Origin: Negaprion brevirostris
Taxonomy: Eukaryota
Direction: 5' to 3'
Assembly: GCA_030324005.1 (NCBI GenBank)
Contig: JARDVH010000133.1
Coordinates: forward strand, 33,923,430-33,987,429
DNA length: 64,000 nucleotides
Shown here: positions 51,701-63,700 of the stretch, piece by piece
How the letters are laid out: every line of letters begins with the position of its first letter
How positions within the stretch are numbered: the stretch's first letter is position 1
Translations under genes and position numbers: made by a program
The notes under the pieces: model-generated
Told to the model about the DNA's origin: nothing
What the model saw: only the letters and a program-made list of their open reading frames with translations
Database searches by the model: none

Positions 51701-54700
51701 GTTTTTCACTAATTAAACTCATTTAGCCACGACTTGTAACCTTCTTCCCTTTTTATTAAAAACTCTTAAAACACTAATTAAAATAGGTTGCACTGCATTT
51801 TTTTTTCTCCTCTTCAACTTCTTTTCCTCCTTTAGGTGATGTAGCAGGTATTGGTTGGGAGAGAAGCGATGGAACCCCTCCACCACCGGGGCAGCCATCA
51901 AAGGGCAGAGTATATTTCACATATTGTGGGCAGCGACTGAGCCCATTCCTCGAAGATGTTTCTGGTGGCATGTGGCCAGTAGTTCACATTCAGAAAAAGG
52001 TAATTTATTGTTTCATTTATCATTCATTTTCAGCACATAACCCAGATGATGAGTTGAAGGGTTGTGTTGTTTCAAGATGGACTGAGATCATCAAAATACA
52101 TTCCACCATGAAGGTTTAATGCCCAAAACATGAACTTGCTACTGTACCACATGTTTATTTTATGGAATTGTGCTACTGTCAGATCCTTTAACCATGTAGC
52201 ATTCAGGAATATTGGAGCTGCAGTTTGCAACATGGAAATAACAGCTTATTCTAACATGGAGTACACAACAACCAGTGCCGTTTGGGCAGATTTTTACGAT
52301 AGATGCTTGTTACGTTAGATTTAATTGTTCCGATGACCTTTAGCTTTCAATTGACAAATGTTGAAGTTAAATGAAGGTTGCCAGGCTCCATTTTGCTGTG
52401 AAGCTATATGACTAGCTTAGCCATTTAATCTTGCTGCAGTCTGGAGAATCTTCTATACTGATCTTCTGTCTTTTACCTGATGAGCAGTGCAAGACACACG
52501 AAGAGTTCTATCTCTGTGTACTGCAAAAGAAAAAATATCCATGAGTCCAGCAAAGCCTTTGCCTGACCAGAATATTTGGCAGATCAATGTCATAGGTTGC
52601 CCGTTAGTCATGGCCATACTGTCTGGTAGATGTGCCATATGTATTTCGTTGAACAACTTACAATTATTCTTAAAAAGTGCACGACTACACTATCCAATCT
52701 CTTTGTAATAGAGATTGTGCTTTCGATTTTTTTTCATTGTCTTCACTGGCTCCTTGTTAATTGCATTACCAGAAAAACGTATTGAAGTCTTTAATATTTT
52801 GCTTCTGGAATAGTACCAAAGCAATGTGAAGATATTACTTTTATTCAAAGATGATTATTGCTTGTTTAAAGATGGAGGATGAATGCAACAATTGGTGGAC
52901 ATAGTATGCCCAAGAGACATGCCGATTTTGGCACACACTATTTCATGCAGAATTTGTGTGTCCTTGCATAATATGTGTTGTGATACTTCCTAACTTAACA
53001 TGCTACACTCAGAGGTCTCATTTTTTGGATGAGATTCAAATTATCCCCTGGAATGAAGGTAAAAGATCACATGGCATGATTTTGAAGAAGAGCAGGAGTT
53101 CTCCCTGGTGTTCTGGCCAATTTATCCTTCAACCACAATGCTAAAAGCAGGTTATCTGTTGATTTACCATGTTGTTGTTTGTGGAACCTTGTGCACAAAG
53201 TGACTGTTGCACTTCCTCTATTATAACATTAATTCTACTTCTAAAATGCTGTAAAGCACTTCAGACATTCTGAAGTCTTTTATCTTTTAAATTGGGAATA
53301 TGAAGCAATTAAAGGTGAATAGGCTATTTAGAGTTCTTCTGATGCTCGTCTACATGATTCCAGAATGGAGAATTCACGTTCTCCCAAATAAGCCCATATC
53401 AAAAGACAAAATTCATCAATTTATTCTTCAGTATATTATCTCTAGTTATTTCTAATTTATATAGAGCAAATTCTTGAGCTTGCAATTGCTTGTTTCCATC
53501 TGCTTGTTTTTAATAGAATACTAAAGTTCGTGCAAACTTTGGATGTCGTCCTTTTGCTTATGCAGAGGGTCAGGCACACCGAAATGCAGCTGACCTATGT
53601 ATTGATCTAGCCGAGGAAATCAGTGCCAACTTTGAGGCTTTGCCATTTGCCATGGCCTCTGACAGTGACAACGATGCCGGTGCTAGTGTGGCATCAGATA
53701 CTGGGTCCCATGGTCCACCCTGTCGAATTGCAGCAACTGCTGCAGCACAACAGCGTAAGTAACATTTCTCATTGAAAGACATTTGATTGTGTATTGGTGT
53801 TATGTTACTTGGACTTTTCCATCCTCTAGATTTACTCTAACATGTTTTGACTTCAGTATTTTGGACTATTCACATAGATGAGTGCGATCTCTTTATGACC
53901 TAGAAACTAGGTAAGCTTTTGATAATATGCCCAAGTGAATACGCAGGAAACACATTTCCAAATACTTTAGTTACCACAATTGTTCTGAACCTCTTTCATC
54001 TCTGGGAATAGCAGACCTTTTTCAGGCTTTAACTATCAAAAACAGATGATCTAACTATTATCACGTTGCTGCTTGTGAGACCTTGCTGTATTGGCTGCTG
54101 TATTTCATACATTACAACAGTGGCAACACTTCCGAAATACTTGTTGATTGCAAAGTGCTTTGGAGTACCCTGAGGTTATGAAAAATGTTATATAACGTTC
54201 TTCAACAATAGACAAATAATGCATGTAACAATAATGCATATTTACTATTAAAATTATATTAGCTAGTTCAAAAGGAAAAGAATATACAAGATCATTAAAG
54301 TACTGTTCTTTAGAATTAATATTGTTATAGACATTGTAATTCTAATCTTGTTTCCCTGATCATTGGGTAGGCAATATTGCTCTTTCTGAACTCTTGAAGA
54401 TTCCAAAGGAATCACCTTGACTTGAGTAATAGAAGTTAATAATTCTTAAGAATAGCGACTGGAAATTCTTAGGTTTAAACGACCGCCAGCTGAAACTTAA
54501 AAAGTAGCTGTCGGTTCTACGTGCAACTGAACCAAACCAACATTATTTTATACGTTTGAACTGTGTGCCTTGATGCCTTTCTCAAGCCTGTAACCTTGGA
54601 GATAATATTTTACAAGATCAGAAGAAGAGTTCTGAAACCTTAATTCTGTTTCTCGCCCCATAACTGCTGCCAAACCTGCTGAATATTTCCAGCATCTATA

Positions 54701-57700
54701 GTATTTTGTTTTTGACTTTTTTGCTTTCGACTGGATTAAAGTTTTGTTAGGGCCTTGGACCAGAATCCCAAATTACATTAAGAAGCCAGACTAGACCCCA
54801 ACGGTTTTTCTATTATGGCATAAATGTGAAGATAGGAAGCTTCACTCCAGGAGTTCTTCCACTGACAAACTGGGAATCTTTTATAGTAAAAGCAAACTTT
54901 ATTTAATAACACAGTTTAAGTATAACTCCTAACAAAATGAAACAACTTAACTATTATCTGTTGAACAATATTTAAACATGAAAAGAAACTGCTCTAATTT
55001 CTAACTTATCACTGTTTCAGTTCCAAATAAGCAACACTACTTACAGACTCAAACTCCACTTTAAATATAGTTAGCAACCATAAATATACTTGCTATATTC
55101 AGTGTGAACAGCCTTGAAGCTTTCAGAGAGATTTTGTGGAGAGAGCAGCTTGCAGACTTCTGTCCTTAAACAAACCCCAACCAGAACTGAAAGCTGATTT
55201 TTCTCTACTACATATCTAGCTCCTCCCATTAACTGCATTATCACATGACCCTGTCAAAACCAAAAAACCCAGGGGTAACCATCTATAAATAAAAATCCAT
55301 TAACTCTCTCCTAAATAAACACTAAATGGCTAAAATGAGTAATTATCCTGCTGTCCCAAGATCTGAGCTGCATTCCCTCCAAACGTACTGACTACTTGTT
55401 TAAAAAAAGCTGAACCTTAAAACTTTCCCTTTAGAATATATCAGTAACACACTATCATCGTAGTTTCTATAAGTTCTTAAATATGCCACTTGATAATAGG
55501 AAACATGCATAATGTGGCTTCTTTTATTCTCATTTGCAGAATATGACAGTGACGCTTCTTGCCATTATAAAGTGGAATTGAGCTATGAAAATTTTTTGAT
55601 ATCTGGTCCATACTGTCATCCTTCACCAGTAGCTGATGATGAAAGTGATGATGATGATGACGATGACATTCCAAGAGTAAGTAATAGACAACTTCAAGTA
55701 AGAAATGAAAATTAGTTGTTTGTTTTCTTTGTCCACATTAAAATTATTCAAATGTTATTTGAAACAGTTTAGTCCCTTTTCCCAGACTGAGAAGTGATCT
55801 CTCAATTGGGAGTGTATGAACTGTGGGTTCAAAGGTTTGCTGAAATGGGGATATTATTGATCTTTACTACCAGTTAGGCAGTTTTGCTTCCTAGTGCCTC
55901 AGTGGCAGTTGATGCCACAATTTAATGGGAAGCTGATTAGATTATGCCATAGCTAATTGTAAATTTGAGGAGGCATGGCCAATATATTGATTCTGCCACC
56001 AAAACAGCATGCACCAGATGATGAGAGAGGAGAGAACATCTGAGCTGGCAGTAGATAGATAAACCAGCAGAATTATAAAAAATAATTAAAACTGTTATGT
56101 TTTCATACTAGGCTATGACAAATTTTACCATATTCACCATTTTATTTGTTACATTTTAATAATTGTGCCTGACATTTAAATGGTATCACATCACCTGAGA
56201 CAGATGTTGTCTTTGAATGTGTAGAGCATGGAGGAGTTCTGATTTTCTCATGCAAAATGCTGCAATTTTGAGCAGGCAACTGTTCTGTTTTGTTCATATG
56301 TAACCTAAATAGAAGCAATCATCCATATATGATGCATTCATCTGCAAACAAGACAACAGGCATACAGTCACAAGTGAGATTTGTAGGCTGTCCATGTATC
56401 ACTTTGGAATTCACAATGGCAAATGGCAGAAGTCCTATCCCATTAGAATTCACTGCCTCCTGTGTTAAATTGCATTACATCTCATTGAACAGTGTTGTAA
56501 CCCAAACATCAGTTTGTTTGTGAATTTTTTTGTGCAACTCCAAAATATTTGCTTCCTCAAATACAAGTCTGCAGGTAATACAATATTTGGTTTCCAATTC
56601 CATTATTTTTCAGACTTAAGTGACAGCTACATGAAAAATGATGTAAGTGCAACAAATTTATAGTTGCCATTTGTTTTAATGGAGCAATTATAAATGATTT
56701 TGATTAGGTTAATGTTTGTGTGGCAGAGAAGCACCACAAATTATGACGCAAGTCGCTGGAGTTTTAAGTTGCTGTGATATTTGCACTATGATAGTAACAC
56801 ATACGATAGTGATCCATGTTCAAGTTCAGGCCATCATAAACCCAAATCCCATTGGTTAGTGTTGGTAATATAACAATTCATCAAGAACCATATTGCACTT
56901 TGAAATGCATATTTCGCTTAATTGTATTCATCTGACCTAACCATAGTCAGTTATGAAGAACAGTGGCATAGAATTTATATTTTTATCATGAGGTTTTCGG
57001 TCAGCCCACTCATGAGTATGTTCTGCAGTATATTGCTGCAGAAGGTTAGGGTGCACGGAGTTGGGGATAAGGTGTTAGCGTGGATAGAGGACTGGCTGTC
57101 TAATAGGAAGCAGAGAGTTGCAATCAATGGGTGCTATTCTGGTTGGCAGTTGGTGACTAGTGGAGTGCCGCAGGGATCGGTGCTGGGGCCTCAACTGTNN
57201 NNNNNNNNNNNNNNNNNNNNNNNNNNNNNNNNNNNNNNNNNNNNNNNNNNNNNNNNNNNNNNNNNNNNNNNNNNNNNNNNNNNNNNNNNNNNNNNNNNNN
57301 NNNNNNNNNNNNNNNNNNNNNNNNNNNNNNNNNNNNNNNNNNNNNNNNNNNNNNNNNNNNNNNNNNNNNNNNNNNNNAGTTCTAAGCAATCTAATGTGGT
57401 GAATAAATGTCCAGCAGATTGTTCAAGAGTAAAAGTACTCTGCTGATTGTTACATACTCCTGTTTGAAGACAGATCTCTAAACACGTTGGGTTCCTTTTG
57501 CTTTTTAATTGTTTGCCATTCTTGTTTTCAAATCCCTGTATGGCCTTGTCACTCTCTATCTCTGTAAGCTCCTGCAGCCCCACAACTTTGAGGTATCTTC
57601 CATCCTCAAATTCTGGTCTTGAGCATCTCCAGTTTTCACTCTACCATTGGTGGCTGTGTCTTCAACTTCGAAGGCTCTAAGCATCCCCAAACCCCTCTAG

Positions 57701-60700
57701 TTCTCTTTTTACTTCTTTAAGATACTCCCTAAAACTGACTTTTTTGACCAAGATTTTGGTAATTTATCCCTATATCAGCTTATGTGGCTTAGTTTCACAT
57801 TTTGCTTTACAATGCTCCTTTGAACAAGCTTGGGACGTTTTGTCATGTTAAAGATGCTATATATGCAAGTCCTTGTCACAAAGAGCGCAAGGATTAGACA
57901 CTTTGTATAAAATTACCTTTTCAGTGACAGCATGTTGCTCTATTCCATTGACAATAATTGACAGTAGCAGGAAAGTGAGACGCAGGTACTGTTGAAGAAT
58001 TAATTGCATGCACATCATCTGCTCACAAATGTCTGTGAAGTGCATATGTAGCAACAAGAAGCAATTGGATATAGCCATCAAATATATAGATGTATGAAAA
58101 CTTATAGCACTGGTGGTGGCGGACACTCTGGGATCGTTTAAGACTTATCTTGATAGTCACATGAGCAGACGGGGAATGGAGGGATACAAAAGAATGGTCT
58201 AGTTGGACCAATGAGCGGCGTAGGCTTGGAGGGTTGAAGGGCCTGTTTCCTGTGCTATACTGATCTTTGTCCTTTGTTCAGCAGAGAGAGAGGGAGTGAC
58301 TGGGACCACAGGGGAGCAGTTTTAGAGCGTCCAAACTTCTTGCGAAAGGATATTGCTTAAAAGGGATGTCTCAAGATTCACACAGAACTGAAGTAGAGTT
58401 AAGCTTTCCTTCTGTTCCCAAGTGTTCGCACTCCATGAAGTGTCATTGTGTACTGTACATCCAATCCAGAGTTCTTCCCAGTCCTTGTAGCATAACTCAA
58501 GATCTGGAAAGACAATCGGTGGGATTCTCAAAAAAATTCCAAGTGCCCGATTTGTGTAAAAACGAGTAAATCACACTTGTTTTTCTGCGGTAGTTTCAAA
58601 ATGAATCTCCCACACTCTGTGCACTGCAGAGTGCCTCAGTGTATATCACTCCAAAAATCACGGGGTGGGGTCTATTACCGCTGGAGAGGCCGGCAGCATA
58701 ACGCTGACTGGGCCACTGTGTATGTGCCAATCTGTCAGTGGTGAGATCAGTGCACGTGCACTAGACCCACACTGCTGGCAATGCCCAGGAGCATCCTCCC
58801 AGCCCTTGACCCTCTGAAAGGGCACAACTGCCCCCTCCACCTTGCTTCACTCCAGCGGAGTTGGGCTGTTAGCTTCCCACAAGTGAGGAGCTATAGTCTA
58901 TAGTCAACCCCGCTGGAGTAAAATACACCTGGGTGGTGTGTGTGTGTGTGTGTGTGTGTAGGCGGGGGGGGGGGGGGGGGGGGGGGGGGGNNNNNNNNNN
59001 NNNNNNNNNNNNNNNNNNNNNNNNNNNNNNNNNNNNNNNNNNNNNNNNNNNNNNNNNNNNNNNNNNNNNNNNNNNNNNNNNNNNNNNNNNNNNNNNATGG
59101 GATCTAATGGGATTGGGGGTTATAGATAGGTCTATGGCTTAGTAGGTATAGATGTGATCGGTGCAACTTGTGGACCGAAGGGCCTGTTTGTGCTGTAGTG
59201 TTCTATGTTCTATGTTCTATATGCCCAGCTTGCGAACAGAACTCCCACTCACCTGATGAAGGGGCAGCACTCTGAAAGCTTGTGCTACCAAATAAACTTG
59301 TTGGACTTTAACTTGGTGTTGTGAGACTTCTTGCTGTGTTTACTCCAGTCCAACGTTGGCATCTCCATACCACGGTGATCTTAGCCAGACAGAATTACAC
59401 TACACGAGGTGAGCAGCAGATGAATTAGTGTGGTCCCTGTGTAGTGGAAAACTTGGGCTGATGTGATCCTTCTTCAGAAGCCTTCTTGTTGCAATGTACC
59501 TCATGTGAGGGGCAAGAGGGTGGTCATGACTGGGAATTAGGGGAGTTAAATTGATTGGAAGGTACCCAAAATTGTACACATTGTTGCGCTGAGCTGGGGA
59601 TTGACAAGTCTGGGCAAGGAATTGTACCATATTGGTGCAAAGTACACTGCAGTCAAGTAGATCTGCACCCCATAGAGAGCCAGCAAGTTTGCTGAGCAGG
59701 AACTTTTGCAAGTCCCTGCTCAGCAAACATCTCTACCAAGATAAATGAGATGTTGTTTGCAATTCAACTTGGTGTTGAGAGACTTCTTACTATGATCACT
59801 GTGCCAAGGCAGAAGAGCAGAAGCCCTGTGGCAGCAGAAATTGAATCAATATGGCACTACAATAAACCACTTCCTCATCATGTATCCCACAGCTCGCCCA
59901 CCCAGCTTCAACTGCTACGCCAACTTTGGGAACTTTTCAGCCATTTCCACCCTGGCCAATGCTTTTGTGTAACATATCAGTGCAAGTGGGGCCTTGCAGG
60001 GAACAGCCTGCAGCAGTGGTGCACCCCAATCAATGACTTGCATTATTCAAGACTGCCCCTTATTTTTCTGATTTGATTTAATATTGTCACATCCATTAGT
60101 ATACAGTGAAAAGTACACAGACAAAGCATAGTGTTCATAGAGGAGAAAAGGAGAGGATGCAGAATGTAGTGTTCGATCCATGGCTAGGATGTAGAGAAAG
60201 ATCAGCTTATAATGAGGTAGGTCCATTCAAAAGTCTGGCAGCAGGCAAGAAGCTGTTGTTGAGTTGGTTGGTACATGACCTCAAACTTTTGTATGTTTTT
60301 CCTGACGGAAGAAGATGGAAGAGGGAATGTCTGGGGCGCAAGGGGTCCTTAATTATGCTGGCTGCTTTTCCGAGGCAGCGATGTGTAGACAGAGTCAATG
60401 GATGGGAGGCTGGTTTACATGATGGACTGGGCTTCATTCATGACCCTTCGTAGTTTCTTGTAGTCTTGGTCAGAGTAGGAGCCATACCAAGCTGTGATAC
60501 ATCCAGAAAGAATGCTTTCTATCGTGCATCTGTAAAAGTTGGTGAGAGTTTTAGTGGACATGCCAAATTTCTGAGCTTTCTGAGAAAGTTTGTTGCGATC
60601 CCAGTTGATGTTACTCCTGGACTGGAAAGTCCCAGAATGGAACGCTGGTTCAAAATACTGTTACTTTTTTTAGAAAATGTGGATAAGCAGAATTATCGGA

Positions 60701-63700
60701 TTGCCAATTACCTTTTAACAACAGATAAAAAAACCATTTTAAGAATCTCTGAGGTTACAAAATATATCTTGTGCTATAATGTTTTCAGTAAATACACATT
60801 CTCTCTAAAGCAACAGATTGTGTGAGACATGCCCCACTCTGAAACCCAGTGGCAGGTGTCCCCCACTTGAACATTTGTGCACTTCTCAAATCGCCCAGAT
60901 GATTATCACACGAATGTTCCCAAACTTCTCTCTTGAAAAGACCAGTCTTAGAATCTTTTTCCAAATGATACTTTCTCTCAGCTGTTTTCAGCAAGGATCC
61001 ATTTCCAGGAATTCCAGCTCTTCTTTCAGTATTCTTCTGCCTTGAATTGTCACAGGCATTTAAACTTCCCTATAATTTCTCAGGTACTCAGCCACACAAA
61101 TATTGGGATAAAGGTAACATGGTAAATTCAAGACTGATGAGAAGGAGTGCCAGATCTGCTTTTATAATTGCAAACATAACGGAAAAGCCAAACAAGGCAA
61201 CCAAGTACTAGCTTAGAAACTCCAATATCATTCATTTTCATGGCACACTTGGGGCAGGGGTGGTGGTGGGGGGTAATATTAGCCATATCATGTGGCATGG
61301 GAAGTAGGGAAAGGTTGGGAGATGAAAAATTGCTCTAGCCACATTATTACAAAGTCAGTGGATCAGTCTATCTTAAATAACAAGAGTTGCTAAAAAAAAA
61401 ATCTTAAACCCACTAAAATCCATAGCACTCATTGGTTCCTTCTATTTTACGTAATGTTCCAGGGCTGACCTTGTCAATCTCTTGATAAATGGGGTTTTAT
61501 GCTGACGTTTCTTCAATTAAATATGCTGTTCTGCAAAAACGTGGCGTTTTGACCTTAGTGCAGAGAAACAGTTTTTCAGATGCCCATTCAATCTGTTGGC
61601 AGTAGTCCCCAGAATTATGTATTGTCCTCTGTTTACGTAGCACTCGCTTTCCAGAAATATATATCTACTATTGTTTCAGGCTTGTTGCCAACTGCAGTTA
61701 CACAAATTCTATAATTACAACGCAAGCACCTTGACAGCATTTAATCTTGAAGCATTCATTTAGCACTTACAAAAACACAAATTTGTTTAAACCAATTTTT
61801 TGACACCTGAATAACTCTGATAATTCATAGTTTTGGAATGGTAAACGTGCAAGAATATCAAAGCTAAGATTTTTCCTCCAAGGTAAGTTTTTTTTAAATC
61901 TGCCCGGCTATAATGAAGATGTGGAGATGCTAATGTTTCCCTCTGTTTGTAATTTTATGGTACTATGTGTAATTTTAATGTATGGTTGTTCATGTACATC
62001 AGACAAGTTGCATTACAATCTTCAAATAGATAATTTTTTTTTAACAGGTATGGTGGATATTGCTCGTCAGACTGTTGAATTCCTGTACGAAGAAAATGGT
62101 GGCATACCCAGAGATCTTTACCTCCCAACCATTGAGGACATTAAAGATGAAGCCAATAAATTCACAACAGATAAAGTTCGCAAAGGTAATTATTTTTCCT
62201 GTAGCACTATAGCTTAATGGATCTATCATGTAATTGGTAGCTCTGCATTTCTCCTGCTCACAATGAGATGAATGATTTGCTTTTGGAGTAAGTTCTGTGC
62301 CCATTCTGCTTATTTTACCTACAACAAGGTTCTTCCTCTGAAAAACTTGAGCTCTGTTTTATCAAACAAAACTACTTTCAAATAGCAAATATGTGGTTAG
62401 AAAAATCTTGCAGCAATGCAGTCAGAGGCAGCAAAGTCCTTCTCAATATATTTAAAAGGCAGTCTGCGTCAGAGTTAAAGATAAATGGCTTCCATCAGCA
62501 GCTGACCAGCCCAGAAAGCAACTTTGAGCATCAGTGGTCTAGATCAACTGTGCTTTCGTCATCACTGGCCTGTACAAAACTTGAACTGACATTAATAACT
62601 TGGTTTGGAGGAGCTCTGCATGATCCAGAGAATATAGCATTTAATATGAACCTGACCTCTTTGGGTGAGTGAATACGTTTGTTCTAGTACAGTATTAAAC
62701 AATGATGGTTTGTTCTGTCTGGCTACAGGCCTAACTGTGGTGATCCGGTATCCAGACAGTAATAATCTCAACAGCAGCACTGGTGGTACTGCTTTACCAA
62801 AGTTTGCCATCCGAGGAATGATGAAAACTTTTGGCTTGAATGGAGTTGTTCTTGATGTTGATACGGTAAGCTTAAAAAAAAGTTTCAGATGAGAACATCA
62901 ATCACTTTAATTTATTGTCCCTAAATGAATAAATTGTGTAGTTTATTCAATACAATGGTATACAAAAATAGAGGAAATTCTAAAGGGGGGTATCCTGTCC
63001 AGCATCTGATATCAGTGCCATTGAATTGATAAAAGGCGTGGTTTGGTTCATTGTCTTTGTAGATGAGGAAGATGTGTGATGCTGAAGAAAGGGAGAAAGT
63101 GAGAGTGCAGGAGGCCTTGTTCCACAAAGTCAGAAAGTGCAACATGCCTGCAATCATTTGTTTCCTTTTTGACATCTCAAGTGATGTCAATCCCCAGTGC
63201 CTAAAGTAAATGAAATGTTTGGAAAGTATTGTTTTAGTTCTGAATTAAAACACATGTTTGATGTGAAGCTCGACAAAGAACACAAGAAAATGACTCTCTT
63301 TTGTTGTAATTGGCCATGACTTCCACCAGTATGTTTGAGAACTACACGGGTGATTCCTAATGTTAGGCATTAAGCCAAAACAATTCTTCAGATTAGAACT
63401 TGGAGTCTTCACTTTTCTTGTTTTAGAAAAGCTAGTAGTTTTATGTAACTCCAATATTGAAGAATATTGAGGAACCCAAATAAGTTTGGCTGTTTCTATG
63501 GATCAGTGTGAATGCCAAACGTTTCTTTCGGAGTAGTGATGGGCTACTTTTATACACTGTTTGGACCAACTTATCAATTGTTTCAGATCTACAAAATGGT
63601 CAGCTTTAGCACTGAATAAAGCAGGAAACCAAATCAATTCACTGCCCACTGTCTTTTGCCTTTTTTCTTCTCTGCATCTCTATGCATGACAAGTATCCTG

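Noticed and set aside
58964-58990. Poly-G run as a G-quadruplex
   Set aside because: It directly abuts a gap; poly-G at contig ends is a common short-read artefact.
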